Source: the human T2T-CHM13v2.0 reference genome, Homo sapiens. Taken from it: DNA of 64,000 nucleotides. A program made the position numbers and the translations under genes. Positions 38,679-52,309 of the stretch are shown piece after piece. Where the stretch lies: NCBI RefSeq assembly GCF_009914755.1, contig NC_060938.1. One strand, given 5' to 3'. Each line of letters opens with the position of its first letter. The stretch's first letter is position 1. Below the pieces are notes generated by a model. The model ran no database searches. It saw nothing but the letters and a program-made list of their open reading frames with translations, and was not told the DNA's origin.

Positions 38679-39289
38679 GACCAAAACACAAATAACACAA
38701 ATATATAATATACATTGATACATGCCCAAAACAACACAAGTCCCTTACCCTGGAGGAAAAAAAAAAAATGTGTTTACATGGATTTAAAGTGAGAGTCTGT
38801 AAGCAAAATCTCATAAGCAAATGTAAATTCAAAATTCTCTCCACTTGTTTACTTTTTCAAATTTATAGACAAATCATTTTCCACCAGAGGGAGGTACACA
38901 TTTTAAATCATGCTCTGACGTGCTCCGTAGAAATAGAACCATATGGAATTTAGCCCTTATTCCAGTGTTGCAGTCCTACTTTTTTCCCTAAATCTGTTGA
39001 AAAGATCAGCTTTCGGGACTCTTTCATTAAGGTGCTACCAATCAATAAATTGAGTGACACTGGATGGTGGCAGAGACAATTAAAACAAAGTTACTTGGTG
39101 AGATATTTATCTGTCATATGGGCTGATTTATAAGCCTTCTACAAGAAGTAATTTAACAGCCCTTTAATAGAAGGAGGCTTGATAAAATACCAGCAGATGG
39201 TATTATGGGTAGTGACCCAGGCAATAATGATTTTAGTAATGGCACGTCTTATTTATTTACCTGTACTCAAAGAGTAAACTTGCGTAGAT

Positions 39290-39290
<1 letters not shown>

Positions 39291-39334
<44 letters not shown>

Positions 39335-39346
39335 GAGAGAGAGAGA
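39291..39346. repeat. (CA)21 plus short (GA)n compound microsatellite
   Basis: Directly visible. Confidence 0.97.
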
Positions 39347-39686
39347 CATTGTCTTCTGATGGACTAGACTGCCTAAAAGCCTTTAAGACAGGGTAAAAAC
39401 ATTCTCCTTGATTAAATAATCAAAATATATAAAACTCAAGAAAGAAGCAAAAAGTGGAGATTATAATGATACTAGTGATAATGATGATGATGGTGATAAA
39501 ATCCAAACAGAAATTATTCGGCGCATCCATTCTGACCTGCCTTGGCTTTCCATCAAAAAGTACATGACATCTTCCTAGAGAGTGTATCTGTGTTTTAATC
39601 ATTTCCAGTAAGTTTCACAGAGATCTTGAGTTATGCACTGCCAAAAAGGATGCAGGTAAATGGCTTATTCCTTCAAATAACCCTTT

Positions 39687-39752
39687 GGTATCCACGCACA
39701 ACACAGGCAATGTACAAAAGCAGTAAGGGCTGGCACAGGACTCAGACCAAAT
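39687..39752 (+). repeat. 66-bp direct repeat, copy 2
   Basis: Matches 38265-38330. Confidence 0.9.
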
Positions 39753-40667
39753 AACATCTCCTTTACTAAGTGATTTCGCTTGATCTCTATTGTCTCAGTC
39801 ACATATCCAGCAGCTACAGCCAAGTGTTGGGTAGATCCCTCTGAACTTGTGGGAGTAAAACTGTGAATGGGAGTTTTCCTGAAAAGAAAATGACCAGGTC
39901 AAGTGCAATGACATTCTGCCTACCATTTTATTTTAAGTATTGGTGGAGCATGAGGCCCAGAAGTCTGGGTAGAACCCAGAGAGTCAGTGAGGAACAGGAG
40001 GCCGAGACACAAGAGGGGAAGTCCACAATGACTGACTTCCTTGGCCATTCTGGACGATGAGATTAAGGAGTTTCAAGAACCCATTCTCTCTTATGCCCTG
40101 GCCAGAGCTGAGTCAGTTTTAGGCACCATCTATGACCGATCTTTCGCAGTGGAAATATCAGCACATTATTTCAGGAAAGTTGAGCTTGCCTCTGACCTCT
40201 GCTCCTGGTGTCCCAGACAGTACTGCTTGCCTCTGGCCATGATGAGAAGGTCTATGAGCTCATTTCTGGGCAACATTTCTATGGAATAGAGACAGGGTCC
40301 ACTGGGGCTAGTATGTGAGGGAAATTTCAAGGCCTTGTTTCCTAAGAGAGCTGGGAAAGACATTATTAGGTGTTGAGACGAGTAGCCTGTGGGCTTTTTA
40401 AATAAAATAATTTTTAAAAAGCAAAATAAGAATTTTCCCAGGAAAACTTGACTTGGACATACTTTCTGTGGGTGGAACAGCAGACACCAGCACTGACCTT
40501 GCTGGCCAGCTTTGGATAAGCAAAACTCATCATCTGGGCCCTTAGTAAGCACCATGAGTCCCCGTCCTGCCCCTGGCCTCCCCTGTATACAAATTCTAGG
40601 TTTTCCCTCCCACAGGGTATCCTAGTCTGTCCCCATTCCCACTACCCTAAAATAACAAGCTGGTTTT

Positions 40668-41006
40668 CTAAGCTTTCCAATCTGGTAGCCACTAGCCACG
40701 TGTGTCTATTGAGCACTTGAAATGTTGCTAGCCTGAAATGGAATGTGCTGTAAATGTAAAATATGTAACAGATTTCAAAGATCTGGTACAAGAAAGGAAT
40801 GTAAAATATCACATCAAAATGTTTTTATACTGATTACATGTTGAAATGAAAATATTTTTGATATATTAGGTTAAATAAAATATATTATTAAAATTAATTT
40901 CAACTCTTTTTCTTTCCTTTTTTTAAAATGTGGTTACTATAAATTTTAAAATTACATTTGTGGCTTGCATTTGGGGCTCATATTATATTTCTATTGGACT
41001 ACACTG
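40668..41006. mobile_element. MER33 (hAT-Charlie MITE)
   Basis: ggtagccactagccacgtgtgtctattgagcacttgaaatgt..gattacatgttgaaatga..attatatttctattggactacactg. Confidence 0.9.
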
Positions 41007-41149
41007 TTCTCTGTTCTCAGGACTCTTATTTCTGATATATCAATTTACCCTTGACAATGACAAGGGTGAACGTTCTCAAATGACATATTCGTTTTTAACA
41101 GGAATTAGTGGAAAGAGGTACGCGAGAGAACAGGTAATTCCCTTTCTAT

Positions 41150-41400
41150 TAGAATATGCTTCCTTCTTGTTCGTTCTGGCAAGCTCTTATTCATCCATCA
41201 AGACCCAGATCATATGTCTCCTCTACCAGGAAGCTTTCCCTAACTCCCCCAGGCAGAGATAGTTACTCCCTTTTGTACTGTCTTGGCACTACAAATTTCT
41301 ACCAGAGCACTCTAAATTAAACCATCAGGCTCCTTTAATTTACATATCTCCCCTTCTAAGCAGTGAACTCCTCCAAAGTTAGAACTGAGTCTTACTAATT
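41150..41400 (+). mobile_element. L2 3' fragment
   Basis: tcttattcatccatcaagacccagatcatatgtctcctctaccaggaagctttccctaactcccccaggcaga. Confidence 0.6.
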
Positions 41401-42689
41401 TTAATAACAATAATGCTGTAATTATCATATGAAAATGTCTTCTCATGCCTCTATTTATTCCTTTGTAAGTTTCTACATTCATCCTTACATAAAGCTTTCT
41501 AATCCACTTAATCAGCACAGGAATCTCTCCACACCCCTCGTTCTTATTCTTCAGATAGTCCATAATGATGAAGCTTGGAGTATGATTTCACCTGATGAAC
41601 TGCCAATCCATCTATTGGCAATGTATTCATCTAGAAATAATTATATCAATGACAATTGAAGACAACTTTTTAACTATGTCTTTCATTCTCCTGCCTGTGT
41701 AAGTGCCCTGGGTTTACCTCTCCTTGTACATGTTACCTGTACTTCTATCTGGGTCAGCTTTGTCTCCCATTCTGGCATTGTTCCCCCACTTTCTTTCTTT
41801 CTAGTGATGTTCCCAGGATTCTGTTGTCAAGCATCTCCTCACCCCGCCCCTGTGAATACTTTCCTGCTTTGAAATGCAATGTTTATTACATTGTTTGGGT
41901 GTTGACTCTCCTCAAAGCCAATAGAATATGGGATTCATTAGGAAGATGATAAAACTGTGCTCCTAAGACTCAATTATTTAACAAGGATTATATGCCCTTT
42001 CCTGTTTCCTGATAACTGCCAACCTAAAAGCTGACAAGTCAAGTGAACCTTCTAACACATCCAAACCAGGGTGTCCTTTGGATTCTGTCTGTAGTTTTGT
42101 TGGTCCCTGTCATGTCTAGAGATGTTCTGTGTGTAGAAAAAGTCAGGACTTGCTTAGATGGCTGGAGGCATTTGCCTTCTGCATCAACACCCCGTGAGAT
42201 ATCAGGAACAGCCCCCTTGCTCCAGCTTTCGGCATCCCCCTTTCTAAGGGGTGCTGTGTGAACAACCCATACCATTTGGCTTTTTAAAAGTAGGTTCCAG
42301 CTTTTGTAAGCAACGGCCTCAAAAGAGGAGACAGCCTCAGTGTTCTTGTGAAAGGGACATGGTTAATACTCCATCTTCAATTATCATTGAGATTATAAAA
42401 ACAAACCAGGTTGCCAAACAGTCATCACTAAGTTAGTGAAAACAAACAAAAAGTCATTTTGAAAAGTATCAGACTTTCTTTGGTCTTGAGAAGGTAATAA
42501 CAAGAAATTCATATAATTTCTAAAGAAAAAATGGAAGTTTAATTTATGCAATCCTCATCTTTTAAATATGAGATTGCACAATTGTGGAACTTTAATCCTT
42601 AGCTTCTTTGTCTCATTCCTATTTGTCAGATCCATTGGAATAGTTTAAAGATAAAAATTTAGTCTGCATGGAATACTCCCAGACCTCCC

Positions 42690-43060
42690 ACTTTGCTTGA
42701 ATAACATCTATCACTTCCTCCCTTCTCAGCTTGGACACCACTCCTACTGAGAAGTATTCTCTGATCTCTCAAGATGGATAAAGAAGTTCACTTCTGTGTG
42801 CCTGGTTTTCAGCATAATATCCTATCCACATAGGTAGTCAAGAAATGTTTATTGAGTGAATTAATGAAAGAATGAATGGTAGCAAAAATACTTGACTTGG
42901 AGATCAGGTTCTAGCTCTGCCATTTATCAAAGTTATTGACCTTTCTGAGTCTTGTGTGCTCAACTATAAAATGGAGATAACTGTGTCAACTTCATAGAGC
43001 TTTCTGAGGGCAAGTAAGGTTATGGGTGTGAAAGTATTTTGCAAACTGAAATGTGGTACA
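42690..43060 (+). mobile_element. L2 3' end followed by MIR
   Basis: aaatgtttattgagtgaattaatgaaagaatgaatg, then ggttctagctctgccattta..ataaaatggagataa..tgtgaaagtattttgcaaactg. Confidence 0.6.
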
Positions 43061-43941
43061 AAACTTGAAGCAATAGATTGAGTCCCTTTCTATTTTACCT
43101 ACATAGATGCTATGAGGGCTTAAATATTTAATATAATGCAACATCTGGGCACATGAGCCAAAATTATACGGGAAGCAGATTGGAGTCAGCCTGCCAACCA
43201 TGTACTGTGCTAAGTGCAATTCCACAGTGAACTACATGTAATACACAGCTGATACGCAGAGAATTTCTCCTGTGCAATTCAGGTAGCCCAGCTTAGAGGT
43301 CCCTAGAGCCACAGTGGTGCAAGCACTGGATAAAAGAGACGCTTCATGCCTCTCATCACCTGTGACTGTTTCCACAGAGAAGAACAACTGAATTTTGAGA
43401 CCCGAGGTCAGAGGGACAGCTGTGATGCACTGTTTAAATGTTTTAATAGCTTTTTCAAATTACTGGGTTGAGTATAATAGAAATTTTATTACCTTACCTT
43501 CCCATGAAGCTATTCAAGTGATGTGTCATCAGAAGAGTGAAAAGGATGCATATAGAATCTTGTTCACCATCCTCTGAATTCATCATAGCATCTACAATGA
43601 GCTAGAAGAAGGACTGACTGTAAAAGAAAGGAGAGAAAAAATTTAGTTAACTGGGAAAATTTGAATTTGAACCTTGTACTGAGGGGCTTGTGAATATGTT
43701 TGATAAGTTATTGTTGATCTTATTTATCAGTATTTAGGAGGTAGGCACTGAGTTGTCAAACAGAGCATAGTATGAGGATAGCTGCTGAAAGAAAACCAAG
43801 CCAAGGTTCCTCATCCCAATCTGCCATATGTTGTCTGAGTGGCCTTGGCAATCTGTATAAACTCTCGGGAGAGATGAAAGGTCAACATGATGCAAATCTA
43901 GTAAAGTCAAACATTGAATCTTAAAGATAAACGATTAAGTT

Positions 43942-44230
43942 CTCCGAAGTGTAATCTGACCTGAGTGTCTTTGCAGTTGTTACAAGGAATAGAGACCTAA
44001 CTAGCTTATGCAAAATATTTACACTATAAGAAAGCAAAGAAGATTTCACTGACAGCTGAGAGAAGACAAAGAAGAGAAGAGCCACACAAGGACAAGAATG
44101 TGAACTGGAATTCCAGGAGTAGGGCAACCTTTTTGTTTCTCTTGGGCACCATGGGCATGTGCATCTTTGCCTCTCCTATCTCTTTTGTATCTTGATTGGC
44201 CTCCTTTGGTCACATATGGTCCCATATGGC
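43942..44230 (-). mobile_element. Old MLT1-like LTR fragment
   Basis: tctttgcagttgttacaaggaatagagacctaactagcttatgcaaaa..tcttgattggcctcctttggtcacat. Confidence 0.5.
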
Positions 44231-44264
44231 ATTTTAGACAATGCACCATCACTACTCTCTAGTG

Positions 44265-44483
44265 CAATCTGATCTAATCCATGGCCTGCGAGCCGCATGC
44301 AGCCCAGGATGGCTTTGAATGAAGCCCAACACAAATTCGTAAACTTTCTTGAAAGATTTTTTTTTTTGGCAATTTTTTTTTGGCTCATTGCTATCGTTAG
44401 TGTTAGTATATTTTATGTGTGGCCCAAGACAATTCTTTTTATTCCAACATGGCCCACGGAAGCCAAAAGATTGGACACCCCTG
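44265..44483 (-). mobile_element. MER30 (hAT-Charlie MITE), full length
   Basis: catgcagcccaggatggctttgaatg..cccaacacaaattcgtaaactttctt..gtgtggcccaagacaattct..gaagccaaaagattggacacccctg; 8-bp TSD ctctagtg/ctctaatg. Confidence 0.93.
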
Positions 44484-45989
44484 CTCTAATGCCTGGAAAC
44501 ATTGGTTCATGTACCTCCCCTTTGATCCAATCAGCTATAGTCATTATATACAGGGTCACACAATAAAAGAAGGAAGAAGGGCTCTGTGCAGAGGCAGAGG
44601 TACAAAAGTCACCTAAGTGGTTAAATCTACCCTTTGAGAGCCATTCTGGTCCTATGAGTGGTGCCGAGGATGTGGAAAAAAGCATGGTTAAAGAGGAGCA
44701 TGAGGACGGTGGTCTTCTTAATTTAAGAACCACACCAATAAAGCAGAAAACCAGGGAATGCCAAAGTGTGATGCATCTCCTCCCTTGTCTTGGTGTTTCC
44801 TATCACAGGCTACTAAAGGAAATGGTGATTAGAGTCTACTGTGAGTCACAAAGGGACAGGAAGATTCCTCAAATGGACCTCTAATTGTGGTTTGGGAGAA
44901 AGCCTTGTTAAAAATCTGTGCCTAATTTTTCCCTTACCTGCCAGTATGTTCAGCATACTAGGACCAGTAACCAAAATATTAAGCTATTCCTCGATTTTAA
45001 TTCACCTTTCATTGCTCTGCTTGTTGCCTCAGCTTGCTGTCTACACAGGGTTGAATGGCCCCTGTGGACTGCATGATTCATGGCCAGAGTATAAAGAAAA
45101 CTTCATATTGTGGTCCACCCATCTTCTTTTCCCACACTGTCATCTTTCACCACAAAGAGCCTTAGGCCAATGAAGTGGACACTGAAACCTATCTCAACCC
45201 ATATTTCTCCTCCAAAACAACCACCTCTTAACCATCACTTGGGTCAAGAGAAACACAGCAACAGCACAGCCCACTCTTGGGAGGACCAACTGGGGAAGAG
45301 GGCTGAGCAAGCCTTGAGAAGTGGCTTCAGCATCTCAGCAGTGTAGAAGTGGGGTAGTTCTAGGAGAGGGGAGCTCTGCAAACTCCTTACACCCTATGGG
45401 AAAGGCCAACCCTCTAAAGTCCCAAGCCCAGAGCAGGGACCTTAGATGTTAGGCTCTAAAAGCAGTTCTGGCTGGAAATGTAAGGTGATTTACCTAAGGA
45501 CTCTTGGACCTGGGTAGGATCTTTGGCATTGGAATTAGAGCTATGCTTCCAATCTCTTGGCAGGGAAGGAAGCAGGCATGGTGTGGGTCACTGGCCATAG
45601 AGGACTGGGCACTCTCTGTTTTTATTTTTATTTTTGCCCATGTGCTGTCAAGGAAGGGAAGGATGATTCAATGAGATCATTACAGGTCCTAAAGCAGACT
45701 TTCTAGGTGCAGTTTAGTTAAAACGTAAGATATGATTTGCACCCATTATCTCGTAAAAATCCTAAATGTGTGATGCCTCTTCAGGATCAGAAATATATTT
45801 AAAATCAAATTCATCATCGTTTTTTCTAAACTTTCCCCTCTTCTTGCTTCCCTTCACTACCCACCCCTGCTATGAGTACCAATTTACCTCAATAACTTTG
45901 ATTCCATATGCCTTTGGCTTCTCTCTTTCCTGTACTCTGTGTCATTGAATACTGCCACCAAATCCCTTTGATTGTTCCTGTCTCTGATC

Positions 45990-46230
45990 AAATGTCTCTT
46001 CTCTTTCCTATCCTGCAAAATGTAGTTCTGGCCCTTATTACTTCCTGTCTAGACAATTACAATAAATTCCAGTCAATTTTCCACTTCAGCCCAACCTAAA
46101 CAATAACAATACTTCTGTCTTAATCTTAAAACCTTCAGTGGCTCCCCATTGACTAAAGAATACACCCAAAACCCTTACCCTGGTATTCAAGTCCTTCACC
46201 ACTGCAGCCCCAGCCAAACCCTCTCCATGA
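45990..46230 (+). mobile_element. L2 fragment
   Basis: cttaaaaccttcagtggctccccattgactaaagaatacacccaaaacccttaccctggtattcaagtccttcac. Confidence 0.65.
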
Positions 46231-46639
46231 CATTTTTTGTTTGACTGGTTTTTTTATTGTTATTGTTATTTTTTAAACAACCTCAGGTAATTGCAGGAAA
46301 TTTGTGCAGAAAATTGTGACAAATGATATAAATCTCATCCCTATTTTCTCCATTCAGAGATATTTTGTTCTATTTACATGTGTCCTTATTTACAAAAGTG
46401 GAAACGTCCTGCTTTCTTTCATTTGATAGTATATCACAGTAGCATTTTTCTGTATTTAAAAATAAGTTTTGCTTGTTCTATATCATTTGCTACACTGACT
46501 CAAAAATAAATTATCTGTTTTTATTATATAATTAATCTGTATTTATTATAAAATGTAAGATACAAACAAGACTACATAAGTAAACAAGTCAATGTGTTTC
46601 ACACTTGGATAACATAGAATTCACCATTGTTGACATTTT

Positions 46640-48200
46640 AGTATATAAAGTTACTCCTAATTTTGTTTAATACTATATCATAGGATTTATCTGAGGTTAT
46701 CTTTTCTTTTTTTTCTCTAGTGATTTGGAAGGTTTACATAATGTTTTCTTTCTAGCAATGATGAACTAATTAACTTCTATCTTAAAAAAGATACTAGAAA
46801 CTAGTTTCTCTATTAGAATTGAGAATGAAAAGTATCCATTTATTCCCCCACTGCATTACATGACATGATTTTATGTTATTACTCTTTCATTTCTTCATCA
46901 ATTTCCCAGTTTTTATGATATAATCTCAGTTGAGTTCTTAAAGCAAATTACTATCACTTTTAGAATGTAACCTCTATTTTAAAGATTATTTTATATGCAA
47001 AATGTTTTATCACCTCCAGGTTATTGCTAAATAGTTTTAGAGCTCAATACCTTTTTTTTTTTTTTTTTTTTTTTTTGAGACAAGGTCTCACTCAGATACC
47101 CAGGCTGGAGTGCAGAGGTGTGATCACAGCTCACTGCAACTATGACTTCCTGGGCTCAGGTGATTCTCCCACCTCAGCCTCCCAAGTAGGTGGGACTATA
47201 GGTGCACAACACCATACGTGGCTAATTTTTGTATTTTTGTAGAGAGAGGGTCTCATTATGTTGCCCAGGTTGGTCTCAAACTCCTGGGCTCAAGTCATCT
47301 GCCTGCCTTGGCCTGCCTCCCAGCATTCTTATTTTTGAGTTCATGATTTGTCTTAATTTTCACTTGCCTTCCCAGAATGTATATGCAAGTAATTTTTTTC
47401 AGGACGTATACACTTATAAGATATGTCCCAGCCCCTGAATATTTGAAATATATTTTCCTTGCCCAAATATGTGTACATTTATATAAAAAATAATATATAT
47501 ATTGTCTTGGGTAACAATTCTTTAAAATTCAAAACACTTTTGCTCATTTTCCTTCCTCTTATCTTTAGTATTTTGGAGAAGTGCAATACCAGTCTCATCT
47601 TAGATATTTTTCAACCTAATTAGCTTCTGTGCTTTTAAGTTTACTTCATCTTTGATTTACAAAAATTCAATGAGCTATAAATAGGTGTTGGTATATTTCT
47701 ATTAAAATTATCTGAATAATTGGTGAATCCTCTCAAAGACTTGTCAGTTCAGAACAATTTTCTTTTATTTCTTTCTTATTCTTATTCTTTCTGTTCGGCT
47801 ACTCTGCATTTTATGTGTGCATTTTTTGTTTTAAATTTGCACTCACGTGTGGATTTTTTTTCTAAATTTGCATTTAATTTTTACTTTTTTGTCTCTCAAG
47901 AATTCCAATTTTTTAATTTCCTTGGTTCTTGGAGAAATGTTCAGTTTCAAACATCTGAAACAGTTTTTAGAGCACTCAATCAACTTTTCACTGCCTCCTT
48001 TTAAGTATTCATTTTTGAAAATTCTTATAAAATCTTTCTTGATTTCAGAATATTCATTTTTCACAACTGATGCTCAATTTTCATACCTGTGACAACTTCT
48101 TGAATCATGTCAATAATAGGAATGAGAATACTTCTAATTTTTTTCTTCCACCCAAGAAAAGATAGCACCACCCTTTTGAATTGCAGCATTATTTTTTATG
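46640..48200 (-). mobile_element. Old L1M/HAL1-like ORF1-region relic, interrupted by AluJ
   Basis: T-rich strand asymmetry; K/E-rich antisense reading frames (47843-48064) like degraded ORF1. Confidence 0.5.
47052..47322 (-). mobile_element. AluJ, slightly 5'-truncated
   Basis: T25 tail; J diagnostics ggtctcact, ctcctgggctcaag, tatgttgcccagg. Confidence 0.93.
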
Positions 48201-49199
48201 TGTGTGAGGATATGTTCCTATTTATATGTCCTCACAGCTGAAGAAAGAAAGTCAGTCATACTTGGCCTCTGCTAGAACAGTAGAAGCCAAAGGAGATAAG
48301 ACTTCCTCCATATCCCTAAGATAAAAACCTTTGATCTTCTAATTATTTTCACTTCCTGTAACTTCTCACCTAAGTTGGCCCTTCCTCTAAATTAAGTCCA
48401 ATCAATATGTTCTACCAAGTCCTCCTTTAATCTCTACCTCTTCAAGGACAGAGTACCTGTTCTTCATAGGAGGCAAAATGTTAGGTCATTCTTCTATCCT
48501 TTATTTCATTTGTCCTTTTTTGAACTTTATCTGAAATTTCTTGATGTTTTTGGAAGGTAGATCTCACAATTTATACTTTTACCACATTTTTGCATGACCT
48601 TGACCTATTGGAATCTGGTGATGGGGAAGTTGTATACCTCTGTGAATGCCACCGTTCTTTTAAAACCTTGCTTTCCAATCTTTTATCTCTTCCATAATTT
48701 TCCATCAATATCTTTACTATATGCCCTATGATTTCTGGGAAATATGCATTTTCTCAAGCTGTGTTTTGCTCCAGGAAATCATTCCTGGTATTTCTTCTCA
48801 ACCTGGCTCTTCCTATGGAAATAACCAAAACTCAAGCAATTTTCAACTAGAGGGTTAACAAAAGTGTTCATGAATGAGGTAATACAGAACTCTCTCCATG
48901 TGTGCTCTCATGCTGTTGGTTCGTGTATATTAAAGTCTACCATGACTGATAGCCCTATATGGTTATATTTTATTTCCCCAATTACAGAATTTAGTCCTTG
49001 AGAATAGGAATAATGCTTTGTTCACGTTTATTTCCTCTATAAGGTGTAAACAGAAACTTTTACATCGCAAGGGCTCCAAAAATAGTGTAAGTTTAGGGTA
49101 AGTTTGGCTATCATCTATTATACACTCCATATCAGTATATGTGGTACTTCTAGTCCATTCAACAAATATAATACAAATATAAAACAAAAATAATACTTC

Positions 49200-49345
49200 A
49201 CAGTGAAGTATTATTTCTTTTTGTAAAAGAGGTATCTGAGGCACAGACAAGATTAATAACTTTAAAGTCATCCAGTTAGTGACTGAAATGGGACTCACAC
49301 CCAAGTCTGATTCCAAGGTCCATGTGATTTTCTGCCACACCATTC
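49200..49345 (-). mobile_element. MIR
   Basis: ctgaggcacagacaagattaataactttaaagtcatccagttagtgactgaaatgggactcacacccaagtctgattccaagg. Confidence 0.7.
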
Positions 49346-49844
49346 TGATTCAATTAAATGTTAATTAAGTTGGGATGACCTCACCAGGCAGAAAACTTGT
49401 AGAAGAAATAGAATTGGGTTAGATATGAAACAACATTCCTCCCTCACCAAGTCCACTTTATAAGTTCTCTCATTGATTAAAAGTGGGAAATAAACCCCAA
49501 GGTTTCTACTGAATTGCTTGGTATACTACTTCTGACACCCTTCCTAGATATCTCTTTTCTTCTCCTAAATAATTTGACAATTCTCAGATTATAAGCTACG
49601 TAAAATAACTTAGCCATATTACACCTTGAAAATCTGAAGTCAAATTTGCTCAAGAATATCGTTTTCCTCATGTCACAACTACAATGTCATCCTAGAACGC
49701 TAAACCCGCACATATTGTGACCCAACTCTATTAGGCTTCATCTACCTTTTATAAAGGCAGCAGAAAAATATTGTACAACAACTGTTGTTCACTGACCAGA
49801 AAAGTAGGAATTGAAGATGATAAGGGCAGAAAAATCCTTTTAAA

Positions 49845-50130
49845 ACATAAACTGACAGCCCATGGGCCAAGCCCAACTGCTGTTATGTTTTGTTTGGATT
49901 AAACAGTATTTTAAAGCTATTTGACTTCATAGCCAATATTTAAAAGTTTAAAATTCACATAGAAATCAGATTTCTGGCTTCTTTTTTAAAAAAATATGAA
50001 GATCTGATCTCACTGGACTTGCATTCCTGCATGAAAACTATTTACTGGTTATATTTTATTTCCCCAATTTAAGTTGAGTAGCAGCAGGGATAGCTAGTCC
50101 CTCCAACTGTGGGCCAGTGAGTTTGGAGCA
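49845..50130 (+). mobile_element. MER102-like hAT-Charlie element
   Basis: aactgacagcccatgggccaa..gttttgtttgg..aaatcagatttctggcttc..gaagatctg..gcattcctgcatg..gttgagtagcagc. Confidence 0.65.
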
Positions 50131-50164
50131 TACAACATATGTGAAGTAAATACCAAATATAGAG

Positions 50165-50330
50165 AATTAAAGCTGGGAGAGATCTTAGCAAAATTAAATC
50201 AGCCTTTTTATTATAAATAAGGAAATTGGGCCAGAAAGGTGATATGATATAACCCAGGGTCACATAGGTGGTAAACAGCAGAGCTACAACAAAAAACTAG
50301 ATATTCTAACCACTCAGGCCATCATTCTGT
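50165..50330 (-). mobile_element. MIR
   Basis: ttataaataaggaaattgggccagaaaggtga..acccagggtcacataggtggtaaacagcagagct. Confidence 0.65.
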
Positions 50331-50619
50331 TTATTGACAAACTTCATAATGAAACAAGGATCTCTCATGAAATTACATTATTTAGTAATTTAAAAATGTG
50401 AAGTGTATTATAAAATATCTGCCTGCTGTTCTCATGTTTCTTTGGCCTCTCATTTTTCTCTATTTGCATTAGCGCTTTACCTTATTGAACACCAAATAAA
50501 TCCTTTGCAATAGCAATGCCAATTTACTGTGTGACCATATATCATTATATTCTGAAAATGGTATATTGTACAAGATCCAGCTTGTATAAACATAAGTGTT
50601 GGTCCTTAATATATATATA

Positions 50620-50750
50620 CATTAATTTGTTCACTTATTCAACAAATATTTATTGAGAACCTATCATGTTCAGGGAACTATATTGGAAACTCACTAAAGA
50701 TAAAAAGAATGAACACGACAAATAAGATCTCTGCCTCCATGGTCATAGAT
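50620..50750 (-). mobile_element. L2 3' terminus
   Basis: ttcacttattcaacaaatatttattgagaacctatcatgttcagggaactatatt. Confidence 0.75.
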
Positions 50751-51955
50751 TAGCAGTACCATAGTCATAGAATCGCCAACGGTGAGTAACCTAAACATGT
50801 GTTTCTCCAGATCTAAAGCAGAATTTCTTTATAGTTTATAGAGGACAGCAAATATAACACACATAATTCATGATTTTTTAAAAAGTCAATATTACTAGTG
50901 GCAAATTAGAATCAGAGACTCAAAGTCTGTAAATTAATGAATCCAATGATGGAACAAATTCTCTGGAACTGAGTTAAAATACTTTTAATAATCTACATTT
51001 GTAGCCAATAATTCGTTTCTCTGTTTGAAGGTTAATTTTAAAGTATACTTCTGATGCAAGAATATTAATATTTGAAAAAAACATTCTTGGCCACCCATAA
51101 AGTCTAGAATAAATTGTCTTCTAAATATGCATGATGCATCAGACTTCACTGTAGTTGGTGGCAGCTGTAGGAGGAATGAAGTGTTTTTTGTTTTTGTTTT
51201 ATTTATTTCCCAGGGAACAGTCCTCTCTCCGCAAAATTTACTCTAATGAACATGTATTAAGCACTATCAATCAGTCACTGTGTTTATCACTGGAAGAATA
51301 GAAAGATGACTACAAAATACTTACTTTCCTATATTAAATGTTTATCAAAGACAGGAATTAACACAGATAGAAAATAGTTAATGCTTAGCTACGTGTTGTA
51401 TTTTTGTTCTAAAAAAAAAAGCCAGAAAATAAATGTAATAGATACCTTAAAATGGAAGAAAACAGTGATAGGAGTCAAGGTGGGCTTTAAGGGGGCATGA
51501 GCATTGAGGAACAGTAGTAACTGCAGAGGAAGGGGTGAACATTTCAGAGCACTGCAAGATTAAAACCTCACCAGACATAGAGAAATAAGTTTTTTTATTA
51601 TCGAAATTAAACCCTAATTATACTTCCAAAGGGGAAAGAAAGATGGCTAGAATAAAATAACCAATTTGTTTTAAAAATGTAAAAAAATGAAGTTAGCCAG
51701 AAGAAACTAAAGAAAAATAAAGAAAAGGAAGAGGGAAATTAGTGGCTTGGTTAGCTAGATTCAGGTACTGAGATAATGTCATCAGAAAACCCTCTCGCTC
51801 AGCTCCCAGCTCTGCTTTTTTGTGTTATCTTTCATTTCATTCCCTAAATTCAGCCAACAATGAAATCTCTCCTTTCTTTCCCCCATCCATACCTGACCCA
51901 TATATTTAGGCAATTGATTATATTTAGTCCATACTTAATTAAACAATAATAATAG

Positions 51956-52309
<354 letters not shown>

